Virus record (IMG/VR): IMGVR_UViG_3300023174_000064
Location: 1-64,000 of that record
Strand: one strand, 5' to 3'
DNA from: a virus
DNA: 64,000 nucleotides
Shown here: positions 28,746-38,655 of the stretch, in pieces
How positions within the stretch are numbered: position 1 is the first letter of the stretch
Layout: each line of letters opens with the position of its first letter
The notes under the pieces: generated by a model
Told to the model about the DNA's origin: nothing
Database searches by the model: none
Seen by the model: only the letters and a program-made list of their open reading frames with translations
Made by a program: the position numbers and the translations under genes

Positions 28746-28824
28746 CGTCTTTGCTCCATTTCTTTTCTAGTCTATCACAAATCACTACTATCGCTGCCAA
28801 AAATATAATTATTACAAGATCCAT
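28732..28824 (-). CDS. Small TM peptide (30 aa), below ORF-track cutoff
   Basis: AAGGA SD; [30 protein letters not shown]; overlaps uvsX start. Confidence 0.55.
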   Translation of the reverse strand: MDLVIIIFLAAIVVICDRLEKKWSKDDESK

Positions 28825-28834
28825 ATGTGCGTCC

Positions 28835-31408
28835 TTACACAAAGAAATCCTCTAACGATGGGGTCTTTCTTATGCTCCATTGTAGCACATCTAAAATGGT
28901 TTTCAAGGGATCTTCAAAAGATTTTTCAAATTGTAGGTCACGATCCACGTACTTATCTAGGTGCAGTTCTTTAGGAATTTGCGTTCCAAAAGAAATAACG
29001 TGCTCGTTTCCACTTACGAACGAAAGTGGATTTGGTTCCTTCAAGTAAACAAATTTAATTTTTTCTGCTTCTCCAATTGGACGGTACTTCTTTTCCAATC
29101 CGTTCTCGTACAAGAAGTGATTGAACAATAGCGATCCCTTTACAGCAATCGGAGTAGACTTCTTGTACACGCCAGTCTTGCACGAGTACTTGTCCATTCC
29201 GGAAACAGACCGTGGGAATGCGATATCATCAATTCCGGCTTGATCAAACTGATCACGGAATTGTTCCACAAAATCTTGAACCGCTTTCTCGCCTTGATTC
29301 ATAATCAAACTAATAGCGGTCTTTAGTGCCTTACGCACAATCTGTGGTGTGCTGGATCGGGCTGTTTCAATACCCATGATCTTGAGTTCTGGTTCTTTCA
29401 GTAGAACGCCTTCTTCGCCCATCATCACGTTAAGCATGTATCGTTTCTTTGCAGTCCAGATGCCTTTACTGCAAATACTCTCACGCTTCATTCGCATCTT
29501 TTGTGTGTACGCGTTCATGGTTTTTGCCAATTCCTCGTAGCGTTGTTGGATAAACGGCTCAATCTTATCTTTGCAAAGTTTTTCGAGCGTTTCTGTGATT
29601 TTTGCATCCGGGATATTCTTACCTGCAAAGATTCGTTGAACCACTTTATCCATGCATAGATATACGGAATCTGTATCAGACGCCACAACAAAATCCACGT
29701 CTGTGGTTCCCGCCATCCGATTCAAAAACTTGTTTAACTCTTGTTCAATCCAACGGATAGACAGCTTTCCGGAAACTGTGATGGCTTCTGCACAATCAAT
29801 ATCGTAATACCGGAAGTACTGATTTCCTACCGCACCGAATGCGGAATTCAACTGAATCTTTCGCACAAGTTGAAAGTTGTGGTACTTGGAAATCTGATAC
29901 TCCAACTCTTCTCTCTTGGCAGCAGATGCGGTAGGGTCTAGAGCCTTGAGGGCTCGCTTGGCTTCCAACATCTTTTCCTTGTACATCTTGCGTTCTTCAT
30001 ACATGGTTTCCATAAGTTCAGGCAGGAACCCTTGCTTGTCTCGCTTGAAGTATACACCGTTTGCTGCAATCGCAAGATTTCTTTCTGCGGCAGTTTGTTG
30101 GTGGTCTTGAACACGAAGAAATTGTGTTTGTGCTGTTTCAGAGTGTGGATTCAGTACATGGTCTGGATCCAGTGTATTCCGTTTACCAAGTGGATCTTTC
30201 ATTTCTGGAGAAATGTTGTACTGCATGATAAGATGCGGGTACAGTGAGTCCAAGTCGAACGACACAATCCAGTTGTGCATACCCACTTGCGGGTCTTTCA
30301 CGTATGCACCTTGAAACTGTTCACTCTTCTCTTCCACTTCCGGCTTTAACGGAACTGCAATAAACTTGCTGGCCAGATGATGGTAAATGATACAATCCCA
30401 AGTCTTTACTTGAGAGAACGTGTCTGTGAAATTAACTTTAGCATTATACGCCAGTGCTACCACCAGTTCCAGCAGTTTCAACTTCTTGTCTAGTTTTTGA
30501 ACCAGCGTAACGTCGTGTGAGTTATACTCCATAAACTTTTGAAAGTCTTTGGTGTAGAAATCCTTGATGCTGTCGTGTTCAGAATAATCTAGCTTTTCCT
30601 CGCCCAACTCTACATTGGCAATATGGTTCAGGCTGTACGACTCACGATTAGTGTACGTAAATTTGATGTACAGTTCGTAGTAGTCTAGCGTGGCAACACC
30701 CAGCAGATCAAATACTGTGTGATCCTTGCCTTTACGGTTCACAATCTTTTCTTGAATCTTTCGGATGGGAGACAATCGCTTGGCAGTTTTCTCGTCAAAC
30801 AGTTTCACCACTCGCTTATAGATGTACGGAATATCGAAGAACCTGATGTTCCATCCGGTAATGATGTCTGGATAATGTGTTTCCCAGTACTCAAGGAAAG
30901 CACGCAACATGCTGCGTTCATCACCAAACACGTGGCATTCCACACCGGGCAGATCAAACTGGTGTAGAGCAAACGAAACTCGCTTGCCGTCGTTCTCCAC
31001 CGTGATGGCATTGATGCGCTCGTTGGGATCTTCCAGAGACGGAAACCCGTTTTCTGATTCAGTCTCAATGTCTATGAATCCTACACGAAGATCCTTGTAA
31101 ACATACGGAACTTCTCCTGGATACTGATCTCCAATATACTGAGCAGTCCAGTCTGTGTTACCGTAGATCTTGAAGTTGGCAACCGATGAGTACCGATCAA
31201 TTGCTTCACGGCAATCACTAATATCTCCCGGCTGAAACGCTTCCAGTGGAACACCTTCCAGACTGTGCCATCTGGCTCCCTTCTTCAGAGAAGGAACAAA
31301 CAGTGTTGGTTGAAACTGGGTCTTGTTAACAATCCGCTTACCGTTCTCGTATCCAATCTCAACAACCGTGTTTCCAACCGTGTGAACCGCAGTATAAAAT
31401 TTAGACAT
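28835..31408 (-). CDS. gp43: T4 gp43-like family B DNA polymerase
   Basis: DIET exo I, GWN..FFD, SFDLDSLYP, K..LNSAFG, SDTDS, KKRY. Confidence 0.97.
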   Translation of the reverse strand: MSKFYTAVHTVGNTVVEIGYENGKRIVNKTQFQPTLFVPSLKKGARWHSLEGVPLEAFQPGDISDCREAIDRYSSVANFKIYGNTDWTAQYIGDQYPGEVPYVYKDLRVGFIDIETESENGFPSLEDPNERINAITVENDGKRVSFALHQFDLPGVECHVFGDERSMLRAFLEYWETHYPDIITGWNIRFFDIPYIYKRVVKLFDEKTAKRLSPIRKIQEKIVNRKGKDHTVFDLLGVATLDYYELYIKFTYTNRESYSLNHIANVELGEEKLDYSEHDSIKDFYTKDFQKFMEYNSHDVTLVQKLDKKLKLLELVVALAYNAKVNFTDTFSQVKTWDCIIYHHLASKFIAVPLKPEVEEKSEQFQGAYVKDPQVGMHNWIVSFDLDSLYPHLIMQYNISPEMKDPLGKRNTLDPDHVLNPHSETAQTQFLRVQDHQQTAAERNLAIAANGVYFKRDKQGFLPELMETMYEERKMYKEKMLEAKRALKALDPTASAAKREELEYQISKYHNFQLVRKIQLNSAFGAVGNQYFRYYDIDCAEAITVSGKLSIRWIEQELNKFLNRMAGTTDVDFVVASDTDSVYLCMDKVVQRIFAGKNIPDAKITETLEKLCKDKIEPFIQQRYEELAKTMNAYTQKMRMKRESICSKGIWTAKKRYMLNVMMGEEGVLLKEPELKIMGIETARSSTPQIVRKALKTAISLIMNQGEKAVQDFVEQFRDQFDQAGIDDIAFPRSVSGMDKYSCKTGVYKKSTPIAVKGSLLFNHFLYENGLEKKYRPIGEAEKIKFVYLKEPNPLSFVSGNEHVISFGTQIPKELHLDKYVDRDLQFEKSFEDPLKTILDVLQWSIRKTPSLEDFFV

Positions 31409-31721
31409 TCTTCTTATCTTTTAAGTAGGAGTGCAGTAGTACCATGTAGTTGATTACATCTACTATTGTATCCTCAAAAGACTCGTTGGCAACCTCTAAC
31501 TTACCCGATTCCATGAATGAAGACAGGCGGCTCATCTTGTCGGTTATACGAACCAGAAACCCTACTTCGGTTGGGCAAATACCCATAGACTGAACCCGAG
31601 TAAAGTTGGCAAACGGCTCTACACCGTTTCGGCCTGCGTAGTCTGCGTTCTTCTTTTTCATCAGTTCACGTGCCATATTGCATAACATTTCGTGATTACG
31701 AATAAGGTCATCTCGTGTCAT
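31401..31721 (-). CDS. DUF1599 / nucleotide-modification-associated (MazG-like) protein
   Basis: KKNADYAG..PFANF...VRITDKMSR...ESFEDTIVDVINY. Confidence 0.75.
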   Translation of the reverse strand: MTRDDLIRNHEMLCNMARELMKKKNADYAGRNGVEPFANFTRVQSMGICPTEVGFLVRITDKMSRLSSFMESGKLEVANESFEDTIVDVINYMVLLHSYLKDKKNV

Positions 31722-32239
31722 TGTGTAACTCCTGTGGAACCAAAACCGCCATTACGATCCGTCTTTTGTGTTGGCCGTTCGGTTGTTTCCATAATATTGT
31801 ATTGTTCGCATCGTACAAGTTCCGCTTGTGCAACACGATCACCGTGATATATGTAGACTGGATCGGTAGAAATATTCAATAACATTATCTTGGATTCTTC
31901 AACATAGTCTGAATCAATAATGCCTTGAGAGTTTGCCATCACCATGCCTTGCTTGAGAGCAAGACCGGAACGAGCGTGGATACGCACTGAATACCCTTCT
32001 GGAATATCAAAAATAATTCCGGTAGGAATCAGTAGTCTCTGGCCGGGATCAATTTTAATGTACCGAGACCCTTCGGTGGTTTCTAGAATGGGCGGCTTGC
32101 ATTCTTTATTGTTTGCACAGAATCCCTTAACTTCGTATAGCGGTTGACCCAGATAAGCACGAACATCAAAACATGCAGCTTGAACTGTTGCGTGTTTTGG
32201 AATATGTACGTCTGGGTATAATTTATAGACTTTCAACAT
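31718..32239 (-). CDS. dut: Trimeric dUTPase
   Basis: AACFD, ARSGLA, GIIDSDY, RVAQ, RNGGFGSTG; start 32239 inferred from promoter. Confidence 0.92.
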   Translation of the reverse strand: MLKVYKLYPDVHIPKHATVQAACFDVRAYLGQPLYEVKGFCANNKECKPPILETTEGSRYIKIDPGQRLLIPTGIIFDIPEGYSVRIHARSGLALKQGMVMANSQGIIDSDYVEESKIMLLNISTDPVYIYHGDRVAQAELVRCEQYNIMETTERPTQKTDRNGGFGSTGVTQ

Positions 32240-32245
32240 CATCAT

Positions 32246-32273
32246 AATATACATCAAAAAAACAAAAAGTCAA
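32246..32273 (-). promoter_or_regulatory. Sigma70-type promoter for replication operon
   Basis: TTGACT 32268-32273, 16 bp, TATATT 32246-32251, ATG 6 nt later. Confidence 0.65.
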
Positions 32274-32470
32274 GGAGTTTCTAGAACATCTGGTGCAGTA
32301 AATCGTGGATTTGTATTAGGATCATAAACCCATCCGTTTGAAGTATCAAGTTCATTTTCGTTTAATTGAATCGGAATCCAACCTCTGTGTTGATATTGAT
32401 CACCAATACCGTCCCAAATTATAATATATTCTACAATATTTGTTTCTATATTTACTAGTGCCCAACGCAT
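32270..32470 (-). CDS. Small tail-fibre-associated protein
   Basis: GGAG SD; WALV...VEYIIIWDG...GWVYD..RFTAP, typical follower of Gly-rich fibre genes. Confidence 0.65.
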   Translation of the reverse strand: MRWALVNIETNIVEYIIIWDGIGDQYQHRGWIPIQLNENELDTSNGWVYDPNTNPRFTAPDVLETP

Positions 32471-32480
32471 ATGATGCTCC

Positions 32481-33407
32481 TTACGACAATACTGCTATCA
32501 CACAATAACCGTTTCCGCCTGCTCCACCGTTTCCACCGTTGTTTGAAACTTGACCACCACCACCGCCACCGCCACCACTACCTCGGTATCCTTTTCCACC
32601 GTTACCAGCATTAGAGATTGCTCCTCCACCACCACCTTGAGCACCAATCCCAACAGAAAATTTACCAAATATTTGTTGTGTGGAGTCTGATCCGTTAGTA
32701 CTAGCACCAGCAGCAGTGTAAATATTGGTAACTCTTGCAAATGCAGGAGAAACTATAGAAGGAGAACCAGAAAGTGTAGTAACAAATTGCGCATTTCCAC
32801 CACCTGTTGCAATACCGCCGGTACTTACTCCACCACCACCACAACCACCTCCACTGTATTGGTGTTGAAGTGATTGTGTTGTTACTGTGGCATTACTACC
32901 TGCAGTACCAGCAATTGCTGCTACTGCAATGGTGGCAGATTGGATATATCCTGTACCAGCAGATCCTGCTGTTCCTGATGCAGCACCACCACCACCACCA
33001 CCGCCTGCGGTAGACGAAATCATTAAAAATCCTGGAAGACCGTTAATTGTAATAAAAGATTGTTGTCCGGTACCGCCGTTATTGCCGATTGCGTTAGTAG
33101 TTGAACCAGTACCACTAGTTCCTCCTGCGCCTATAGTTACTTGCAAGATAGTTCCAGGTCCACCAAGATCTTCCACCCTAAAATCTTGTAAAGAAACGCT
33201 ACCGCCACCACCGCCACCACCTCCAGAAATAGCTGTAGACGCTCCTGTTTTTCCTCCTCCTCCACCACCACCGCCACCACCAACTAAAAATATACGAAGA
33301 ATTTTTGCTCCGGGTGGAATTACATAGGAACCAGAAGAATCAAACTCTTTGAGAGTTTCTGCAGTAGACGTTAAATTAGGAGAAAATCCAAAAACACCTT
33401 GATTCAT
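32481..33407 (-). CDS. Glycine-rich virion (tail) protein
   Basis: F.SSGSY.IP.G...VGGGGGGG...GAGGNGYCVI glycine-rich domain. Confidence 0.8.
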   Translation of the reverse strand: MNQGVFGFSPNLTSTAETLKEFDSSGSYVIPPGAKILRIFLVGGGGGGGGGGKTGASTAISGGGGGGGGSVSLQDFRVEDLGGPGTILQVTIGAGGTSGTGSTTNAIGNNGGTGQQSFITINGLPGFLMISSTAGGGGGGGAASGTAGSAGTGYIQSATIAVAAIAGTAGSNATVTTQSLQHQYSGGGCGGGGVSTGGIATGGGNAQFVTTLSGSPSIVSPAFARVTNIYTAAGASTNGSDSTQQIFGKFSVGIGAQGGGGGAISNAGNGGKGYRGSGGGGGGGGQVSNNGGNGGAGGNGYCVIAVLS

Positions 33408-33829
33408 AATAGACCTGATTCAACAATAAAGTTTGTGGTTGCACTAACTGAAGTGGAAGCAAAAAGTGAACACGTGCTGGCTCCGGTTCCTCCAGGAAGA
33501 ATTAAACCTATTAGTTCTGGCACTTCTTGACGAGGACATGCGGTAGTACCTGCAGTCACTGTGACAGCAGGAATAATTTTTTCTACTATTAATCGCTTAT
33601 TGGTTCCGTTGTCTGTACTAACAAAGAAACGAATAGTTGTGGCAGTGGTTGTTGCTGTTGCTACAATAGCGACACGATTGATACGTTTACCTACACCTGA
33701 ACCAGCAGCCACTGCGGGTCCTGAACAAACGGTTACAAAGCTTGAGGGAGCGATTGTAGACGTATCTGCAGTTAATCCTTGAGCGTACTCTAATATTGGT
33801 TGTGATGTGAATTGTGCTGACGTTGCCAT
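33404..33829 (-). CDS. Hypothetical virion protein
   Basis: ATAAATAGGAG upstream; beta-rich T/A composition; ATGA-coupled to Gly-rich gene. Confidence 0.65.
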   Translation of the reverse strand: MATSAQFTSQPILEYAQGLTADTSTIAPSSFVTVCSGPAVAAGSGVGKRINRVAIVATATTTATTIRFFVSTDNGTNKRLIVEKIIPAVTVTAGTTACPRQEVPELIGLILPGGTGASTCSLFASTSVSATTNFIVESGLL

Positions 33830-33844
33830 ATATTCTCCTATTTA

Positions 33845-34291
33845 TTATATAATTCCGATACTGTAAAGATATAAATTTAATCCTGGAAGTAATACTGAAC
33901 CGGTTGTTCCTTGTACTGAACTTACACCAATAACATCACCAGTAGATCCGTTAAACGATGCTACTCCTGTTACTGCTCCGGTAGATCCGTTGAAACTAGC
34001 CACGTAACTGTTAAAAGTAACAGCACCAGTAGATCCGTTAAAACTTTGAACACCTGTGTTTGTAAATGTAATACCTTTACTACCTGCAGACACACTTATT
34101 CCAGTGCTAGCGTATGCAGTTAATGTGCCTGTTAATCCGTTAAACGATGCCACACCAGTAACATCACCTGTTAATCCGTTAAACGAACTTACTGCTATAG
34201 GTATACTTGCAGAATCACTAATAACAGTGGTTGCTGTAATACCTACTGCAAGACCGGAAACTGCTACGAATGGTTGTATGGTATCTGGCAT
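33845..34291 (-). CDS. Short tail-fibre-like protein with V-x-S-F-N-G-x-T-G repeats
   Basis: Six VxSxNGxTG-type repeats; AGGAG SD. Confidence 0.75.
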   Translation of the reverse strand: MPDTIQPFVAVSGLAVGITATTVISDSASIPIAVSSFNGLTGDVTGVASFNGLTGTLTAYASTGISVSAGSKGITFTNTGVQSFNGSTGAVTFNSYVASFNGSTGAVTGVASFNGSTGDVIGVSSVQGTTGSVLLPGLNLYLYSIGII

Positions 34292-34315
34292 TTTATCTCC
34301 TAGTCATTACCCGTT

Positions 34316-37300
34316 TTATTGAACACGCACAGTGGTTGTGAATACGGTGCTGTTGGCGGAAAGTGGTGTGGCACGAATCAACAAGTTTTTTGGAAAACCA
34401 CTCAAAATTGTACTATAAGACGAAACAGGGCCGGTTGCTCCTGTGCGAATCAAGCCGTATTGCGTGTTTACGGTATTGGTTCCGTCCTGCACCACCAACA
34501 TCTTCAACATTTCAGTTTTGTTCAACACGGTATCACGAGCAGAAATTGTGACCTCAAACGCAGGATAGCCCATTACTGGTGGTATTTGACTATTGTCGTA
34601 AACCGAATCAATCGTGGCAATAGTTTGATTGGCTGTGGTAGCCGTTGTGGTGGTTCGGTAAGTTTGAACAAACGAATAGGTGTCTGCAAACGATGGAGCC
34701 GATACTTGATTAAGGAAACTTCCGGTGGTGATTATTCCGTTAGGTGCCCTTAGTCTAACTGTTTGTGTGGTGTCATTAACACTAATGTATGTGCCGTTAT
34801 TGAGGAAATCGCTATCACCCTCAAAACCGTAATCTCCAATAGTTGTTAAATTTCCATTATTATTTATTGCTACTACTGTTCCGGTATACGGATACAAACC
34901 GTCTGTGTATTGAGTTACCGCACTTAAATTGGTGCTGTATATGTCTGTGGCAGTCAAGTTTCCAAATGTTGCACCACGTGTCACATACAGAGTGGATGCG
35001 GTGATTCCTGCGGTGAAACGGGTCAGAGACGAGAATATTCCGCCTGCTGAAGAGATACCGGCATTTGCTGACAGTAAACGGGTAAAGGTAGCCGTTACTC
35101 CTGTTAGCGATCCGTTGAGTGTTATGCCACCCGCAGCACTAAGACCAGCAGTAAAGTTTTGTTGAGCAGTAAATGTATTTGCTACACTGGTTGTTACTCC
35201 TGTAACTGCTCCTGTTAAACCATTAAAACTGGACACGTATGAGTTAAAGGTAACAGCACCAGTTGAACCGTTCCAACTTTGTACACCAGTATTTGTAAAA
35301 GTAATTCCATTACCACCTGCCGCAATACTTACTCCGGTAGACGCCAACAGACTGAGAGCTCCTGTGAGGCCATTAACAGAGTTTACACCAGAAATAGCAC
35401 CAGTGGCACCGTTGAATGTGGAAACACCTGTAACCGCACCGGTAAGGCCGTTTACAGAATTCACACCAGAAACAGCACCAGTAGCACCGTTGAATGTGGC
35501 AACACCTGTAACTGCACCAGTAGAACCGTTCCAACTTTGTACACCAGTATTTGTTATAGTAGGATTAGTTGTTCCGGTTATGGATATACCTGTACCAGCA
35601 TTAATAGCAGTCACTCCAGTAACTGCTCCTGTTAAACCATTAAAACTGGACACGTATGAGTTAAAGGTAACAGCACCAGTTGAACCGTTCCAACTTTGTA
35701 CACCAGTATTAGTGAATGTAATTCCTTTACCACCTGCCGCAATACTTACTCCGGTAGATGCCAACAGGCTGAGAGCTCCTGTAAGGCCGTTTACAGAATT
35801 CACACCAGAAACAGCTCCAGTAAGGCCGTTGAATGAATTAACTATATTAGAAGCGTAAATGTTTGCAAAAGTTACTCCACCTGTTACTGATAGGTTATTA
35901 ATAAAAATGCCATTTGTAATACCTCGAATACGACCACCATTTAATGATGATATTGTACCAGTATCATCAAATGTCCAAACAGCACCAGATACTCCGATTC
36001 CAACTACATCATTATCAACAGAAACAAACGAATTCAAATTATTACTAACTAGTTCAGCATAACTAAAAGCACCGGTTGGGGCTTTTAGATCTATACCATA
36101 ACCTGTTTCAAAAACATCACTTATTATTGCACCATTTGGTAGCAATACGCTTCCTGTGGCTCCAAGACTAAGTACAGAAGCTCCATTGATTAGCCTATCT
36201 ACATTTACATTTCCTGTTGCGCCATTAACTGAAGACACGCCAGTATTGATTAAAGTTATTTCTTTACCACCAGCAACCACACTGATTCCAGTACCACCAA
36301 AGAATGTTAATGCTCCGGTTAATCCGTTTGCAGAGTTTAAACCAGAGATTGTTCCGGTAGCACCATTGAAGGAATTAACCAAAGGAAGCGTGGTAACAGC
36401 AGAGTTGACCCACAATCCCTGTGTGCTGTCGTAACGCAGAATTTGATTGTTTGCAGGAGTTGTAACAGCAACATCACCCAAGTCATCCAAATTCAATACG
36501 GTTGATGCTCCACCACCGCCTGTGGTGTTTCGGAAGAAACCACCGGGAACAATACGGCAGTCACCAGTAGAAGACGCATTGGAACCGCCGCCACGCACAA
36601 TAAGCCATCCCAAGAACACACCGTTGTATCGTGTAATGTCTGCTTCCGCAAATGTTTCCAGTAGAATGTTGTTTGCGGCAACAGTATCTGTTGAGTAGGA
36701 CGCTGTGCCGTAGTAGATGTATAGCGCATTGTTTAGTCCCGGAATCTTGTAGACTCGCTGTATAGACCAGTTGTTGTTGCTGATGTTTCCAAGAGTTCCG
36801 CTGCCGTTATCGTAATTTCCAAAATTAACGGTAGTGCGGACAACCGGATCTGTTCTGTAAGTACCATCAGCATTTCTGTACAGGTAGAATAGTTGTTGCA
36901 CAGGCACAGAAGAACTGTCTGTGACAAGACTTGGATTGTTGACATCGACATCCATGTTTGCGCCCAAAGCAAACGCAGTACCCGTGGTGTGCTGTATTTG
37001 ACCTGTGGTTCCGTATCCACTCAGCACATAACCGTCTATTTTGAGTGCACCGAAGTAACGAATAAATGTTTCGTATTGTGCGCTTGAAGCGTAGGCTACG
37101 ATTGGGTGGTAGTGAACTCGGTTCACATAAGCCCGTGATTGGTGAACCGCATTACCAATCACCACGCTGTTCAGGTATTGGGTTTGGGTAAAATTGCTAG
37201 ACGACTGTTGTAGATTTCCTGATGAATCAATACGGAAGAAAGTAAAGTCGGATGATGTCATTCCTGCAAGGGTAACACCTGTCTTGGCAGTCCATGTTAC

Positions 37301-38602
37301 GGTTTGCAGAGAGGGTGCAGGATACCCTCCTGTGGCAGCGTTTACCGTGGCAATGATTCCTGCTCCTGCGGAAACATCCACTGCTGCTGTATTTCCTGCA
37401 TTGATTGTAAGGACACCACCGTACAGAAGTCCTGATTGAATTTCTTCAAGAATACGATCACCATTCACTCCCTTAATAAGATCAGCATCCAATCCTGAAC
37501 CTGCACCGTCATTTCCTGCGTGCCATGCGGTGTAACCCGCAATGGTTACTCGACCATTACCAAATGTGGCTCCTGACGCACTAATACCTGCGTTGAATGT
37601 ATTGAGTGCGGTGAATATATTGGCAACAGAAGTGGTTACGCCAGTGACAGCTCCTGTAAAACCGTTGAATGATGTTACGTAATCACCAACATTACCACCA
37701 GACACAGCAACATCAACCTGTTTGCCTTTTCTGGTAACAGTAATGTTGTCACCAACAAAGTTAATATCGTTAACCGACTTGATTACTCTGGCACGATCTT
37801 TATAGATGCCGACTGCACCACCACCAATCGAGCCTGTATTCAGCCACTGAAAATTCTGTGCTACTGTTTGTGCGTCCAGTTTGGTTTTTACCAGACTGGT
37901 AAGTTCTTGTTTAAATTTAGATCCATCAAAAGAAAGCTCACCTTCTTCCAGTACTAACGGATAGTTGGCAGAAATAATATTAGACTCACCGGGATCGCCT
38001 TTTGGTCCTTGAGGACCTTCAGGACCTTGTGGACCTATAGGACCCAGTAATCCTTGAGGACCAGGTTCTCCCTTGGCACCCGGAATACCTTTTGGACCTT
38101 GCGGACCAACAGGACCGATTTCACCTTCTGGGCCTTCTGGACCTTGAACGCCTTGTGGACCTTCAGGACCTACCTCTCCTTTAGGACCTCTGACACCAAT
38201 AGGACCGGGAACACCTTGTGGACCTATTTCACCTGGAACACCTTGAGGACCGATAGGGCCTTGAATGCCTTGTGGACCCATAGGACCTTCTGGGCCTTGT
38301 GGTCCAATAGGACCTTCTGGGCCTATGTCTCCTTGAACACCCTGTTCGCCTTTATCACCCGGCCAGCCAGTCTCTCCAGTATCACCCTTTTCACCTTTTA
38401 ATCCTTGTGGGCCTTGAGGACCGGGTTCGCCTTGAGGACCAGCCCATCCGTCTTCACCTGCGGGTCCTTGGGGGCCTGCTGGACCTTGAGGACCTCGTGG
38501 CCCAACAGGACCTCTCAGATCCTGTGTTGATTGTATTTCACTTTGCGGAGAAACCACAGGGGTTGGTTTATCCAAATTAAAGTATTGCTTAAACTTGTCC
38601 AT
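34316..38602 (-). CDS. Long tail fibre: N-terminal collagen, V-x-S-x-N-G-x-T-G repeats
   Basis: Long G-P-X collagen tract (about 37990-38515), many VSSFNGLTGAV repeats; CTAAATA 6 nt before ATG. Confidence 0.85.
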   Translation of the reverse strand: MDKFKQYFNLDKPTPVVSPQSEIQSTQDLRGPVGPRGPQGPAGPQGPAGEDGWAGPQGEPGPQGPQGLKGEKGDTGETGWPGDKGEQGVQGDIGPEGPIGPQGPEGPMGPQGIQGPIGPQGVPGEIGPQGVPGPIGVRGPKGEVGPEGPQGVQGPEGPEGEIGPVGPQGPKGIPGAKGEPGPQGLLGPIGPQGPEGPQGPKGDPGESNIISANYPLVLEEGELSFDGSKFKQELTSLVKTKLDAQTVAQNFQWLNTGSIGGGAVGIYKDRARVIKSVNDINFVGDNITVTRKGKQVDVAVSGGNVGDYVTSFNGFTGAVTGVTTSVANIFTALNTFNAGISASGATFGNGRVTIAGYTAWHAGNDGAGSGLDADLIKGVNGDRILEEIQSGLLYGGVLTINAGNTAAVDVSAGAGIIATVNAATGGYPAPSLQTVTWTAKTGVTLAGMTSSDFTFFRIDSSGNLQQSSSNFTQTQYLNSVVIGNAVHQSRAYVNRVHYHPIVAYASSAQYETFIRYFGALKIDGYVLSGYGTTGQIQHTTGTAFALGANMDVDVNNPSLVTDSSSVPVQQLFYLYRNADGTYRTDPVVRTTVNFGNYDNGSGTLGNISNNNWSIQRVYKIPGLNNALYIYYGTASYSTDTVAANNILLETFAEADITRYNGVFLGWLIVRGGGSNASSTGDCRIVPGGFFRNTTGGGGASTVLNLDDLGDVAVTTPANNQILRYDSTQGLWVNSAVTTLPLVNSFNGATGTISGLNSANGLTGALTFFGGTGISVVAGGKEITLINTGVSSVNGATGNVNVDRLINGASVLSLGATGSVLLPNGAIISDVFETGYGIDLKAPTGAFSYAELVSNNLNSFVSVDNDVVGIGVSGAVWTFDDTGTISSLNGGRIRGITNGIFINNLSVTGGVTFANIYASNIVNSFNGLTGAVSGVNSVNGLTGALSLLASTGVSIAAGGKGITFTNTGVQSWNGSTGAVTFNSYVSSFNGLTGAVTGVTAINAGTGISITGTTNPTITNTGVQSWNGSTGAVTGVATFNGATGAVSGVNSVNGLTGAVTGVSTFNGATGAISGVNSVNGLTGALSLLASTGVSIAAGGNGITFTNTGVQSWNGSTGAVTFNSYVSSFNGLTGAVTGVTTSVANTFTAQQNFTAGLSAAGGITLNGSLTGVTATFTRLLSANAGISSAGGIFSSLTRFTAGITASTLYVTRGATFGNLTATDIYSTNLSAVTQYTDGLYPYTGTVVAINNNGNLTTIGDYGFEGDSDFLNNGTYISVNDTTQTVRLRAPNGIITTGSFLNQVSAPSFADTYSFVQTYRTTTTATTANQTIATIDSVYDNSQIPPVMGYPAFEVTISARDTVLNKTEMLKMLVVQDGTNTVNTQYGLIRTGATGPVSSYSTILSGFPKNLLIRATPLSANSTVFTTTVRVQ
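35200..35830 (-). repeat. Recent in-frame duplication inside tail fibre (417-bp offset)
   Basis: About 90 bp identical at 35202-35293 and 35619-35710, similarity extends further. Confidence 0.85.
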
Positions 38603-38655
38603 TGTAAATATTTAGAGTATAATTTAAATGGTTCCGGTAATTACAATGTAATTGT

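Noticed and set aside
22406-31408. Introns or inteins in nrdJ, gp41, gp43
   Set aside because: ORFs are continuous, of normal length, with no intein or LAGLIDADG motifs
31401-32239. DNA hypermodification pathway from DUF1599 + dUTPase + GTs
   Set aside because: No hydroxymethylase, base-modifying kinase or T4-type DNA glucosyltransferase recognised in the window; cannot be excluded genome-wide
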